Origin: an uncultured archaeon | Lineage (GTDB): Archaea; Thermoplasmatota; Penumbrarchaeia; JASLWR01 | Assembly: GCA_964342815.1 (NCBI GenBank) | Contig: CAYFHS010000008.1 | Span: forward strand, 32,001-96,000 | Direction of reading: 5' to 3' | DNA: 64,000 nt | In this document: one piece after another, positions 28,382 to 38,414 of the stretch | Layout of the letters: each line of letters opens with the position of its first letter | How positions within the stretch are numbered: the first letter of the stretch is position 1 | The notes under the pieces: model-generated | What the model saw: the letters and a program-made list of their open reading frames with translations, nothing else | The model's database searches: none | Told to the model about the DNA's origin: nothing | Program-made: the position numbers and the translations under genes

Positions 28382-29344
28382 GTGATATTGATGGATTTTC
28401 GCAAGGTAAAGGACATTGAAATATCGGATAAACTCACGGTTTCCGAACTTATCGAAAAACTCTACGACGCAGGGGGTTTTTCTGCCAAAAAGGTAGCCGA
28501 AGCAGCAAGGATATTAAGCACTATGGTCAGGAAGAAGGATTGTACCGTATTTCTATCGTTCCCCGCCTGTATTATATCCACGGGTACCCGAGGCGTTATT
28601 AGATATCTCGTTGAAAAAAAGCTTGTGGACGTAATAATCACAACTTGCGGTACGCTGGACCACGATCTTGCCCGCATATGGGCTGACTATTATCATGGTG
28701 ATTTCAGGGGGGATGATCTGGAACTGCACAGGCAGGGTATCAACCGCCTGGGTAACATATTCATACCCAACGATTCCTACGGAACTGTTCTTGAGAGGAA
28801 TATGCAGCCGATATTGAATGAAATATATGATTCGGGACATAAAGAGCTGGGTACGAGAGAGATCATCGAGGAGTTTGGTAAACGGATTACCGATAGAAAT
28901 TCCATTATTTACTGGGCGAACCGTAACGACATTCCGATATACGTACCGGGAATAACCGACGGTGCATTCGGTTCGCAGATATGGCTATTTACCCAAACCC
29001 ACCGAGATTTCAAGATCGACCTAATGCGCGATGAACAGGAAATTTCGGACATAGTTTTCGATGCAAAGGAATCCGGGGCTCTGATGCTAGGGGGCGGTAT
29101 CTCAAAGCATCATACGATCTGGTGGAACCAGTTCAGAGACGGATTGGACTATGCAGTGTATATCACCACCGCCGTGGAATACGACGGCTCTTTAAGCGGT
29201 GCTCAGATAAGGGAAGCGGTTTCATGGGGGAAGGTCCGGGAGGACGCAAAGTACATTACCGTGGAGGGTGAAGTTACACTGATACTGCCTCTTCTGATAG
29301 CTAATCTAAACGATGAACTACTAAAGCCAAATCACACCGAATAA
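28382..29344 (+). CDS. dys: Deoxyhypusine synthase
   Basis: ISTGTRG, TTCGTLDHDL, HRQGINRLGN, GGGISKHH (catalytic Lys), DGSLSGA..REAVSWGK. Confidence 0.95.
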   Translation: MILMDFRKVKDIEISDKLTVSELIEKLYDAGGFSAKKVAEAARILSTMVRKKDCTVFLSFPACIISTGTRGVIRYLVEKKLVDVIITTCGTLDHDLARIWADYYHGDFRGDDLELHRQGINRLGNIFIPNDSYGTVLERNMQPILNEIYDSGHKELGTREIIEEFGKRITDRNSIIYWANRNDIPIYVPGITDGAFGSQIWLFTQTHRDFKIDLMRDEQEISDIVFDAKESGALMLGGGISKHHTIWWNQFRDGLDYAVYITTAVEYDGSLSGAQIREAVSWGKVREDAKYITVEGEVTLILPLLIANLNDELLKPNHTE

Positions 29345-29451
29345 AAAAACTATACACTACCGGGTTTATTTGATTCAGGCTATAATGCGGGGAAAATATT
29401 TTTTAGGAAAGCTTTAAAATTTAAGACATTTATTGACCGGGAAGTGATACT

Positions 29452-29853
29452 GTGACAGGGAAAAAGATTTCTTTAAAGCAGAGAATTAAGGACAATCGCA
29501 TTTGGATATCATTGATTACCGCAATTATTGGGGCTGCAGGACTTTTCTTTTCGATCTGCGGCGACCCTGTCTTCGGTGTCTGGAACGTTGGCATTATGAT
29601 GGATTTTGCCAATATGGTTGGAGATTGGAACTGGTGGATATTCCTTCTATCCATAATCGCGGCCATTGCGGGAGCCGGGTATTTTATTGATTTTCTAAGG
29701 AAAAAAAGCGAGTTTATGGAGTTGCTCGACACGAACTCGAAGAAGGCCTATCTGGAAAAACAGGATGATATCGAAATGTTGGCATGGAAACTTGGTACTT
29801 CCTTCGAGGCTCTCGTGGATGAGAAGATGGCGCAATTGAGAATTAAACGGTAA
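29452..29853 (+). CDS. Small membrane protein, DUF3198-like
   Basis: Two TM helices, then KKSEFMELLDTNSKKAYLEKQDDIEMLAWKLG. The family is recalled from resemblance only. Confidence 0.55.
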   Translation: MTGKKISLKQRIKDNRIWISLITAIIGAAGLFFSICGDPVFGVWNVGIMMDFANMVGDWNWWIFLLSIIAAIAGAGYFIDFLRKKSEFMELLDTNSKKAYLEKQDDIEMLAWKLGTSFEALVDEKMAQLRIKR

Positions 29854-29863
29854 AAACCTACGG

Positions 29864-30223
29864 GTGAAAGATATGGCAGCCTATTGCAACCGGTGTGAAA
29901 GATACATAAACCAGTATTGTGACCGATGCGGTGGTAACGCTGGTATCAGCTATTGTGAGATGTACGCCTGCGGGGGGACCATGATATGCCCCATCTGCGG
30001 AAATAACGAACTGGTTGCAAGGAAAGACTTCAAGAAGGAAAAGGAGGAGGGTTCCAGTGCTGCTGACCGACGGCCCGGATGGAATGCAGTAAGGGAAGGA
30101 AAGGGTAATAAAGGGAGTCCTGAGGGACGCTGCCCTGTTTGTGGATACGATATCAAACCTACCTGGAAGTACTGTCCCGAATGCGGTGTCAGGTTCTCTA
30201 CACTGTCCAGGACAAGAGAATAA
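29864..30223 (+). CDS. Cys-rich multi zinc-ribbon protein
   Basis: CNRC, CDRC, C..YAC, CPIC, then the C-terminal CPVCG..IKPTWKYCPECG double zinc ribbon. Confidence 0.7.
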   Translation: MKDMAAYCNRCERYINQYCDRCGGNAGISYCEMYACGGTMICPICGNNELVARKDFKKEKEEGSSAADRRPGWNAVREGKGNKGSPEGRCPVCGYDIKPTWKYCPECGVRFSTLSRTRE

Positions 30224-30234
30224 TTTTTTGTAAA

Positions 30235-31332
30235 TCAATATTTCAGTTTGGCGGCGGTCTTCCTGCTGGTTCTTGCATAATTGTACGGAATCCGACCTAT
30301 GATGAATATTAATACTGCCAGCCCCAACCAACCTAATATTCCTTTGATATCGGGTAGACCCGTCATACCAATATAATACTTCAGGATATCGAGGCCGGCC
30401 ATTATGATCAGGCCGCTGGAAATAAGAGTAAAAAGTGTCAATATAATTGAGCTTACGAGATAGCCTTTTCTGATATAGATATCCAGAAGCCTTCCTATGG
30501 TATACAAACCACCTGCCGCAATAAGATACCACAATGAATCATTTAGAATTATTACGGTACTCTCGATCAATGTGTTCTGTGGGTCCTTTTTTACCTCGTA
30601 AGCGGAAAGTCCCACGGCAACCACAACTAGAACCACTGCGATTATACCTGTAAATGTGGAGACATATCCCTTTTCGACCCCTGCCCTGAAATCTCTCGCG
30701 AATCTTACTACGCCTTCTTCGAGATGATATATCCTTACTATTAGGTATATGCCAATGATCAGAAGAATAGTTGGTATGCCGATATCTGGAATGGATAGAA
30801 AAGCTGCTAGAACCGAACTTATTCCCCAGAAAAACAGAAGCAATGCAACCGGCAACATGAACTTCTTCTGGATCTTATCGTCACTCATTAACCTGGTTAT
30901 CAGATAATATGTATCCTCGATACTTTTTCGCTGCTTTACCACAACTCGTTCTATGGAATTCACTGTGATGCGGGATGTGACCACCGGTATAATGAACTCG
31001 TCCTCCGCCCCGTCAGAAACCAATATCACACCGGAGGGTTCGATCTCCTTGATCACTATGTCCAATTGTGTCGCTATGACCTCGTCCGAACGCTTTCCCA
31101 CCCTTTTGTCACCGCAAATTGTCACTATCTCAACAGGTCTCCCCTCCCGTTTCAATTCGTCGTATATTCGGATACCGGCCATTGAGGTATTGACGTCGCT
31201 GTCCTCCGGATCCGCAAGTGCCAGAGCCACGGCTGCGTCCAGATTCTCCTGTCGGCCGATAATGGGAGAAATGATACTGGCCTTTTCGCCCATGTCATCA
31301 TCCCGATCCACGCAAAGTACCAGTGTTTTCAT
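30235..31332 (-). CDS. DUF373 family archaeal membrane protein
   Basis: LVLCVDRDDD, LALADPEDSDVN, LVSDGAEDE, VVVKQ, then multiple TM helices. Confidence 0.88.
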   Translation of the reverse strand: MKTLVLCVDRDDDMGEKASIISPIIGRQENLDAAVALALADPEDSDVNTSMAGIRIYDELKREGRPVEIVTICGDKRVGKRSDEVIATQLDIVIKEIEPSGVILVSDGAEDEFIIPVVTSRITVNSIERVVVKQRKSIEDTYYLITRLMSDDKIQKKFMLPVALLLFFWGISSVLAAFLSIPDIGIPTILLIIGIYLIVRIYHLEEGVVRFARDFRAGVEKGYVSTFTGIIAVVLVVVAVGLSAYEVKKDPQNTLIESTVIILNDSLWYLIAAGGLYTIGRLLDIYIRKGYLVSSIILTLFTLISSGLIIMAGLDILKYYIGMTGLPDIKGILGWLGLAVLIFIIGRIPYNYARTSRKTAAKLKY

Positions 31333-31485
31333 CCGTCATTACCCTTTCCGTTAAAAAAAAACCTATTCAGTCATAATTGGTAAACTCTATTACAAACTAT
31401 AATATCCCATTTTTTAATATAAGTATTTTCCTGTCTGCCGTTAGGGAAGGGATATAACTAAAACAGGACTAATTGGGAAATAAGA

Positions 31486-31635
31486 TTAGGCGCCACGGGA
31501 CATCTTGGCCTTGGGCCTTAAACCTTTATAACCGCACTTTCTGCATCTGGTAGCCCTTGGTGGATTCCTGGCATTGCAGCTCATGCAGATCTTTTTATTC
31601 AGAAGTCGTTCTTCCGCTTCCTTGAACCTTGCCAT
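31486..31635 (-). CDS. rpl40e: 50S ribosomal protein eL40 (L40e)
   Basis: Below the ORF-track size limit. My translation is [49 protein letters not shown] (49 aa), with an AGGAGG RBS upstream. Confidence 0.95.
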   Translation of the reverse strand: MARFKEAEERLLNKKICMSCNARNPPRATRCRKCGYKGLRPKAKMSRGA

Positions 31636-31659
31636 TGACAGTTCCTCCTTGTTTTACTT

Positions 31660-31945
31660 GAAAAGCCAAGTCTTACTGGTTTGGCTTGAAAGTTTGGCGA
31701 GCCAGAAGGGTCGCCTTTACTTGACAAGTCACTACTTGTCCAGTGTGACACGCTCGCAGGCTTACTAGCTGAGGGCGCAGCAATACCTGAAAGGTGTTGC
31801 GTAACCTGACCGCAAACTTGCGAGCAGGGATAGGAACATCTCAGATGTTTCAAGACGAAGTGTGCGCCATCAAGTGTGTCTTCACCCTACAGCGGCCTCA
31901 CGGAAACCGCAAAGTGGTATTTAACAGTTCTCCGCTTGAAAGCAC
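31660..31945 (+). ncRNA. Candidate structured RNA or palindromic element B (between rpl40e and the DUF362 gene)
   Basis: Seven or more stems, including aagccaa/ttggctt, ggcga/tcgcc, gacaagt/acttgtc, gctcgcagg 31752-60/cttgcgagc 31817-25, gcaatacct-gaa-aggtgttgc 31780-800 and ggaacatc/gatgtttc. G-U pairs favour the plus strand. Confidence 0.5.
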
Positions 31946-31962
31946 TTTATACCCAAAGAATC

Positions 31963-33048
31963 TCATTTGAAGAGACCCTTCCAATTGTAATCGTCCCACA
32001 ACTTTCTTTTCTTTATATCTGCAACATATGTTCCTTTGTATCCAGTTAGCGCACGCCATTTCCAAGATGCCCATTTCATGGGTCTGAAGAACGTGCGGTA
32101 AATCATGTGGGAAAGAACAGGATGCGGACTCACCCATTTCTCCAGATTGGATATACTGTCGCTATTAGCTTTCAAAAACGGGCTCTTCGCTTTCTTGATT
32201 GGAATCCCGCTGAGCTGTATTTTAGACGTGTCTATGGGTCCCAGACCACGCTTGTGCGCATGATTGATGTGTTTTATTTTCCTCGGGTCGAATCCCATGA
32301 TCTTACAGGCTACAGCATCGGATGCCACTGCGTTGGTCCCGGTAAGCAGGAGATCAAGTTCCTTTGGGAGACCCGCGATGGGGCCGTCGCTCTCAAGACC
32401 TATCCTGCCGTCCATGACCACAAGTCGGGGTTTCAGTATCTCCAGCATGTCCCCCAGCACCTTTTCGATGTAGCCGTGATGTTTTAACCGAAGATCGTCC
32501 GTTACACAGCCGAAATGATTTTTTATTGTCAGAGTTACCTCTGTGAGCTTGTGGGTTTTGAAAACAGGCATGGACGCGAATACATCGCAGTCGACATATG
32601 GTACAGGGGCGTCGTATGTGGCAAAATGTCCTTTCGAGGACAGTTTGACCTTTTTCGTCTTCTGTTTTGAAAAATTAACAACCTCGGCGCCAGCTTCTTC
32701 AGCGGCTTTCCAAATACCACATCCCTTTAGAGCGACCTCCGCACTGACCCGCTGGAGATTGGATTCGCCCACAATGATCCTATCGGCCCTGTTACCCAAT
32801 AGCCTCACGAACTCGGTGACAAGTTCTGGTGTTACGGTGAGACCGGGCAAATAATCGAAATGAGTGGCGTTCACCTTTATGGTTACCGTGTCTCCCTTTT
32901 GAACAATATTCTTCCATCCCACCGCTTCGAGAGATTTTTTTAGATTTTTCTTTAGAGGACTGTATTTGGAAATGTGTACCTTCTCACCCGTCCGGGGGGA
33001 TTCCTTTGATGTCGACATTATGTTCTTTCTCCTGAGAGATAATACCAT
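31963..33048 (-). CDS. DUF362 domain protein (probable Fe-S protein)
   Basis: KGDTVTIKVN, VTPELV, VGES, PVFKTH..TLTIKNHFGC, GPIAG, DAVAC. Possible start at 33018. Confidence 0.85.
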   Translation of the reverse strand: MVLSLRRKNIMSTSKESPRTGEKVHISKYSPLKKNLKKSLEAVGWKNIVQKGDTVTIKVNATHFDYLPGLTVTPELVTEFVRLLGNRADRIIVGESNLQRVSAEVALKGCGIWKAAEEAGAEVVNFSKQKTKKVKLSSKGHFATYDAPVPYVDCDVFASMPVFKTHKLTEVTLTIKNHFGCVTDDLRLKHHGYIEKVLGDMLEILKPRLVVMDGRIGLESDGPIAGLPKELDLLLTGTNAVASDAVACKIMGFDPRKIKHINHAHKRGLGPIDTSKIQLSGIPIKKAKSPFLKANSDSISNLEKWVSPHPVLSHMIYRTFFRPMKWASWKWRALTGYKGTYVADIKKRKLWDDYNWKGLFK

Positions 33049-33199
33049 GAATTTGAATAGAAATGGTCATTGAATTTTTTCTGGCTGACCGGATCATATG
33101 ATAACAAATTGAAATTATTTAAGGATTCTGATTATACGGATGAAAGCAATTAATCCCAAACTGATTTAAGATATTAAGACAGATATCCCGAGGACCACA

Positions 33200-34120
33200 A
33201 TGACAATTCTGGCTTCAACTGATATCATTGAGTTTTTTCAATCTCATTCGTCCACTCCGCTTGATATTCTATTCCACGGGGTCACGGAAATTTTCTCACC
33301 CCTTATGCTGATTGTATACTTTGCTATATTGTTCTGGTGGGGTGACAAGAAACGATGGTCCTTTGGATTCACCTATCTCATCCTTCTCTCGTTCTCCATT
33401 ATTGTTTTGAAAAATTTATTCAATCTAGCCCGACCTCCACAAAGATATCACAAAACAGACGTGAGCGACCTCGGATTTCCCAGCGGTCATTCTTCGGCTA
33501 TCAACGGCTGGTCTGGTTGGCTGATATATCTGAAGCCGTCACGTTGTGTAATTACTTTCGGAGTTTTGACTTCTATAGTTGTCATGGTTTCTAGGCTCTA
33601 TCTCGGAGTTCATTATATTCGTGATCTGCTTGGAGGCTTGTTACTGGGAGGCATATTCGTACTTTCGGGTATACTTTACATGCGTAGAATTCAATCAAAA
33701 GTATCGAAATTAAGTTCGAAATCAAAGATAGTCCTGGTTCTCGCAATATCATTGGTGATGTTGTTTTATTCGTTTTTCAGTGGACTTGATGACATGAGGG
33801 GTGTCATGTTGGCCGGGCTTATGCCGGGATTCTGGATCGGTCGCATAGGTTTTTGTCACTCTCACCGAGACTCTCCTTTCGAGAAAGCACTTACCAGAAA
33901 TAATATCAAACAATGCGGTACCCGTCTCCTCATCGGCATCCCCGCCGTATTGGTTCCAATGGTTATCTCGCAGGTAGTAGGATCGCTTGAAAATCCGAGG
34001 CTCGTTATTTCGTTCATTACGTATTTTATGTTCATTGGCATCGGCATTATGATATCATTCGTATTACCGTTGATCTTCGTAAAGATCGAAAATAGGTCTT
34101 TGACAAAAAAAGAAGTGTGA
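33200..34120 (+). CDS. PAP2-family membrane phosphatase
   Basis: K..F..ARP, GFPSGHS and SRLYLGVHY..D motifs, multiple TM helices. Confidence 0.9.
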   Translation: MTILASTDIIEFFQSHSSTPLDILFHGVTEIFSPLMLIVYFAILFWWGDKKRWSFGFTYLILLSFSIIVLKNLFNLARPPQRYHKTDVSDLGFPSGHSSAINGWSGWLIYLKPSRCVITFGVLTSIVVMVSRLYLGVHYIRDLLGGLLLGGIFVLSGILYMRRIQSKVSKLSSKSKIVLVLAISLVMLFYSFFSGLDDMRGVMLAGLMPGFWIGRIGFCHSHRDSPFEKALTRNNIKQCGTRLLIGIPAVLVPMVISQVVGSLENPRLVISFITYFMFIGIGIMISFVLPLIFVKIENRSLTKKEV

Positions 34121-34121
34121 A

Positions 34122-35135
34122 ATGATGAAAGTAAAGCAGGACGGGATGACCAGGGACATGAAAAGCCTGTGGTACGAGGCAGATAAGAACCAGATATGCT
34201 ATATTGACCAGAGAGCTTTACCTTTCGATTTTCATATTTACGTTGCCACCACGCTCGAGGATAATGCTTTTGCCATAAAAAATATGGTGGTGAGAGGGGC
34301 TCCTGCTATTGGAATCAGCGGAGCATGGGCGCTATACCAGGCAAAAATGAACGGAATTGATCTGAAAACTGCGGCAGAGGTTATCATGGGAACCAGGCCC
34401 ACCGCCCGCGATCTTTTTTATGCTGTTGAGAAGGTTCTGGAAGCTGAGAAGAACGGAAGGAACATCTGTGAATTTTGCCGCGAGCTTGAAAGGGAAATTA
34501 TATCCAGATGCAGACGAATAGGTGAACATGGTGAAAAATTGATCACTGAAGGGTGCGGTATTCTGACCCACTGCAACGCCGGCGCTCTCGCAACCGTGGA
34601 CTGGGGAACAGCTCTTGCACCCATGAGAATGGCTCATAACGCTGGTAAGAAATTTATGGTATATGTGGATGAGACCCGGCCCCGGATGCAGGGTGCTAGA
34701 TTGACGGCATGGGAGCTGGGCATGGAGGGAATAATGCACACGGTAATAGCGGACAATGCTGCTGGTTTTCTCATGAGCAGGGGTAAAATCGATCTAGTTA
34801 TCACCGGTGCAGATAGGATCACGTCGAAGGGTTACGTGGCAAACAAAATAGGGACTTACGAAAAAGCGGTCCTCGCCAGAGTGAACGGAATACCTTTTTA
34901 CGTCGCAGCACCCCGAAGCACTTTCGATTTTTCAATAGAGCACGGTGACGATATACCCATTGAGATCAGGGATGAAGCGGAAATAACCTTTTTGGGGGAA
35001 CAGAGGGTGGCGGCAGAGGGGTCGTCCGCATACAATCCGGCCTTCGACGTGACCCCGCCGGAGTATATTACGGGTTTTATAACGGAAAAGGGGATACTGG
35101 AGGTCGGGGGAATTGATATCATGAGGGAGGGATAA
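34122..35135 (+). CDS. mtnA: S-methyl-5-thioribose-1-phosphate isomerase (eIF2B-alpha-like family)
   Basis: MVVRGAPAIG, TRPTA, LTHCNAGALAT, DETRP, GADRI, NKIGTY, NPAFDVTP. Confidence 0.9.
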   Translation: MMKVKQDGMTRDMKSLWYEADKNQICYIDQRALPFDFHIYVATTLEDNAFAIKNMVVRGAPAIGISGAWALYQAKMNGIDLKTAAEVIMGTRPTARDLFYAVEKVLEAEKNGRNICEFCRELEREIISRCRRIGEHGEKLITEGCGILTHCNAGALATVDWGTALAPMRMAHNAGKKFMVYVDETRPRMQGARLTAWELGMEGIMHTVIADNAAGFLMSRGKIDLVITGADRITSKGYVANKIGTYEKAVLARVNGIPFYVAAPRSTFDFSIEHGDDIPIEIRDEAEITFLGEQRVAAEGSSAYNPAFDVTPPEYITGFITEKGILEVGGIDIMREG

Positions 35136-35422
35136 GTGTGGTTTTATGGATAAGCGGCGGGAAAATTAGTGGAATACTTTAGAAAGGCTAGAAAACGCTC
35201 CCCCAGGATCATCGTACATCTTGCATGGGGGCATCCGGTTACAAATAGTCAAGCATGCCCCACCGGCGGTTTTCCAGCCTGCTTTGTGGTGGTTGCAGAA
35301 TTGAAAATTATATAAAATCCCATTGATCTTCACATTTTTTGCCGAATATAGTTTACAATTTTTATATTATTTGTCAAATATAACCGACAATTATAAAAAT
35401 AAGTCATTCGATATATAGGATT

Positions 35423-36697
35423 ATGCTTGAAATACTACATGATTGGAATCCGTGGTGGTCTCGGAAAAACTCCGTGGATAGATTCGCTGGAAAAGAAAGA
35501 CCAAAGTATCTTGCACCATTACTGGATTTAATAGACAAGAAACATGTTATTTCCGTCGTTGGTATCAGAAGATGCGGAAAAACGACATTGCTATATCAGG
35601 TAATAAAGCATTTACTCCAAACACACAATCCGGAAAATATAATCTATCTGAACATGGACGACGAACGCCTGGTGGGTCTTGAACAACCACTTGAAATGCT
35701 TTTACAAGAATACAAACGAAGTACCGAAACCAACGGGAAGAAAACCTATATCTTTCTCGATGAAGTCCAAAATATAATCGCATGGGAAAAGTGGGTCAAG
35801 AGATATTACGATCAGAAGAAAGAATACAAATTCATTGTCTCGGGGTCCTCCTCCTCGCTTCTCGGTTCCGATTATTCATCACTACTTACCGGTAGGAACA
35901 TAACCATTGAAATCTTTCCACTTACTTTCGAAGAGTATCTCGCTTTTAACGGCTTTGATTTTTCAATGGGAGATATTAAAGCTATCTGGACAAAGAACCG
36001 CAAACTGGAAGACCGGATAATATATCATCTGGAAAGATATATGAAAACGGGGGGTTTCCCTGAAGTGGTTCTCGGCCATGGAGGGCACAAACTCCTTGAG
36101 CAATACTTTTCCGACATTCTATACAGGGATATAATAAAAAGGCACAAGGTCAGACATCCCGATAAACTGGAGCTTCTTGCAGTCTTCGCAATGAGAAATA
36201 TTTCAAACCTGCTATCTTTGAGAAAGATCAGCCGTGTGACAGGCCTGAGTGTTGACACTGTAAAGGAATATATAGGGTACCTGGAGGAAGCGTATTTGCT
36301 CTTCACCAGTCGAAATTTTACGAGATCCGCCGTGGATTCACTGAGACAGGCCAGCCCGATAAAGATCTATTGTAACGATGTGGGCATGGCAAATTCGCTG
36401 CTGCTCGAACCCATGAGAAATCTCGGCAGCATGGCTGAAAACCTGGCCGCCCAGAAGGTGAAATACGAATGGGGGCAGTGTTTCTATTGGAGGGATACAA
36501 AGGAAATCGATATTGTCGTTCCCAAAAACAGGAGCGCCTATCAGGTTACCTATGGTCCCATAAAAACGCGCGAGATGGAAAACTTTTCAAAATTCCCTTA
36601 CAAGGATTTCAAAAAAAAGTTGATCAGTTATGATGTATATGAACCTCTGAACAGTATTCCCATAATACCTTTGTGGACATTTTTACTCCGGAAATGA
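35423..36697 (+). CDS. AAA-family ATPase with DUF4143-type C-terminus (COG1373-like)
   Basis: NPWW, GIRRCGKTT, FLDEVQ, SGSSS, LTGR, GGFPE, KIY..DVG, AEN, EIDIV. Confidence 0.88.
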   Translation: MLEILHDWNPWWSRKNSVDRFAGKERPKYLAPLLDLIDKKHVISVVGIRRCGKTTLLYQVIKHLLQTHNPENIIYLNMDDERLVGLEQPLEMLLQEYKRSTETNGKKTYIFLDEVQNIIAWEKWVKRYYDQKKEYKFIVSGSSSSLLGSDYSSLLTGRNITIEIFPLTFEEYLAFNGFDFSMGDIKAIWTKNRKLEDRIIYHLERYMKTGGFPEVVLGHGGHKLLEQYFSDILYRDIIKRHKVRHPDKLELLAVFAMRNISNLLSLRKISRVTGLSVDTVKEYIGYLEEAYLLFTSRNFTRSAVDSLRQASPIKIYCNDVGMANSLLLEPMRNLGSMAENLAAQKVKYEWGQCFYWRDTKEIDIVVPKNRSAYQVTYGPIKTREMENFSKFPYKDFKKKLISYDVYEPLNSIPIIPLWTFLLRK

Positions 36698-36801
36698 TTT
36701 TACGGGGTCGCCGGTCTACCCAGGGCATCGATTTTTTTATACTCTTACACTGATGCACATTCTCCCAGACAAACTCCGTCTGGCTAAACGGGGGTTTTCT
36801 G

Positions 36802-37197
36802 TTGTTTCCTGCTGATGAAGAATTTTTAGAAAGAAATTATTATATGTTATTAAGAGAATGTCAAACATCGTTACAAAAGGGCTGTCTGACGGGAAAGAAC
36901 TACACCGAAGTACTCGACTGTGAAAGACACTTTGGATTTGCAGGCCCACAGAGACATTACTTTGCTCGGATCGCCAACCGCTGCTCGTACGTCCTCCATG
37001 AAACGGAATCTGTTCCGTTTCATCCGAGTGGTGCAGAGCACCCGAGGAAGGTAAGCGCCGGAGGCGTATGCGACGTCAGCCGCTATTTTGGGGTAAAGCC
37101 CTTTCCTAAAGGGCTTGCGGGCATCCACCTGTTCCTCGGTGAGTATTACAGGGATACGGGCCACCTTGAAGTTGTTGAAGAAGTTGGAGGTAAATAA
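36802..37197 (+). pseudogene. Remnant of a TPR gene 3' end, interrupted by a hairpin-rich in-frame insertion
   Basis: IANRCSYVL and IHLFLGEYYRDT match the C-terminus of 40115..42814 but are separated by 38 unrelated codons. The upstream part shows no clear homology. Confidence 0.7.
36998..37116. mobile_element. Small palindromic insertion (MITE/REP-like), net +114 nt
   Basis: Perfect 11-bp hairpin ATGAAACGGAA-TCTG-TTCCGTTTCAT at the left end and 9-bp hairpin AAGCCCTTT-CCT-AAAGGGCTT at the right end. It is absent from the paralogous copies. Confidence 0.55.
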
Positions 37198-38414
37198 TGC
37201 TGTTTGAAAAAATTAATTCCCTTGATGAGCTGCAGCCCATCATCGAACTTTATTATCGCGCCGTTCAAGCGGGGAATTATAATGAGGCTAAAAATCTATA
37301 CCGCGACAAATTAAGAGTGATATTATTTTTTCAGTTCGGAGCTTATTCGACTTTGATAGAAATAAATACCGCAATGTTTGAAAATGGCGATTTTACCAAA
37401 CCATTTTTGGAAAACAATTCAAGTATAACAATGCTCTTAAATGATACCGCAAATTGTTTCTCACTCTCCGGTCATCCACGACGTGCCATCCCTGTTTTTG
37501 ATCAAGCAAAGAGACATGCAGAGAAAATATATAATAAGAAAAATGTTGCCATCTGCCTCGGTAATCTCGCCACTCAACAGTTAAACCTTGCCGATCTGGA
37601 ATCCGCCGAGTTCAACCTACGGCGACAAATCAAGATTGCAAAAGAGATTCGAGATCTATTCAATGATGCGAACGGCCATACTGAAGCGGGCAGATTATTA
37701 TTATTCTGTGGAAATTTTGATACATCGGAACATGATTTGAATGAAGCTATCAAACTATGGGAAATACAAGACCATACACAAATGATAGGTGTCTCATGGT
37801 CCTACCGCTCCCTCCGTGCTCTTATTATGGCCGATGCTATGGAAGCTTTGAAATTTGCGGCCAAAGCACTCGAATTTGCAAAAGAGGGCGAAGAAACCGA
37901 TGGGAGAACCACGAGAGATTTTATTGTTGCGAATTACTACATAGGAGCTTCCTACGTTGCGATGAAAGACGTAAAAAATGCCGAACCACCACTGAACTTC
38001 GCCATCACCGAATGCCGAAAGATCAACCTCGTCGAACTCGAAACCCCCATCCTCCTCGAACTCGCCAAACTCCGCCATCTCCAGAAGAAAGAAGATGAAT
38101 CCCTCTCCCTCGCCACTGAAGCCCACACCATCGCCAACCGCTGCTCGTACGTACTCCAGCAGGCCGACATCGAGCAGTTCCTGGGCGAGTTCTATCTAGA
38201 TCAGGGCGACATAGAAAAAGCCAGGAAGTACCTTGAGGATTGTATAGAGCACTGCACCCATTGTTGGCGGTATAGTGAAGGTGAGCCTGACTTTGACTAT
38301 GTAAGGAAGGAGGATGACTTTTATTATGTTAAGAAGGAGGAGAAGTGGTGGTACAGACCGAGGTGGGAAAAGGCTAATAAATTACTTAAAGAGTTGGAGG
38401 TAAAAAATGGTTGA
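37197..38414 (+). CDS. Stand-alone TPR protein homologous to the sensor region of the neighbouring STAND protein
   Basis: IIELYY..G.Y.EA..LYRD.L, SAEFN, IGASY..M.D...AE..LNFA.TECRK.NL and IANRCSYVLQQADI are all shared with the last ~390 aa of 40115..42814. GGAGGT RBS and TAATG overlap with the upstream remnant. Confidence 0.85.
   Translation: MLFEKINSLDELQPIIELYYRAVQAGNYNEAKNLYRDKLRVILFFQFGAYSTLIEINTAMFENGDFTKPFLENNSSITMLLNDTANCFSLSGHPRRAIPVFDQAKRHAEKIYNKKNVAICLGNLATQQLNLADLESAEFNLRRQIKIAKEIRDLFNDANGHTEAGRLLLFCGNFDTSEHDLNEAIKLWEIQDHTQMIGVSWSYRSLRALIMADAMEALKFAAKALEFAKEGEETDGRTTRDFIVANYYIGASYVAMKDVKNAEPPLNFAITECRKINLVELETPILLELAKLRHLQKKEDESLSLATEAHTIANRCSYVLQQADIEQFLGEFYLDQGDIEKARKYLEDCIEHCTHCWRYSEGEPDFDYVRKEDDFYYVKKEEKWWYRPRWEKANKLLKELEVKNG

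Noticed and set aside
31653-31942. CTTGAAAG-like repeats resembling CRISPR repeat 3' ends
   Set aside because: Only 8-13 nt match and spacing is irregular (about 28, 35 and 215 nt). There are no full-length repeats, spacers or cas genes.
36811-36835. Hammerhead ribozyme core CTGATGA
   Set aside because: No stem II or properly placed GAAA and stem III follows; it lies in AT-rich sequence.
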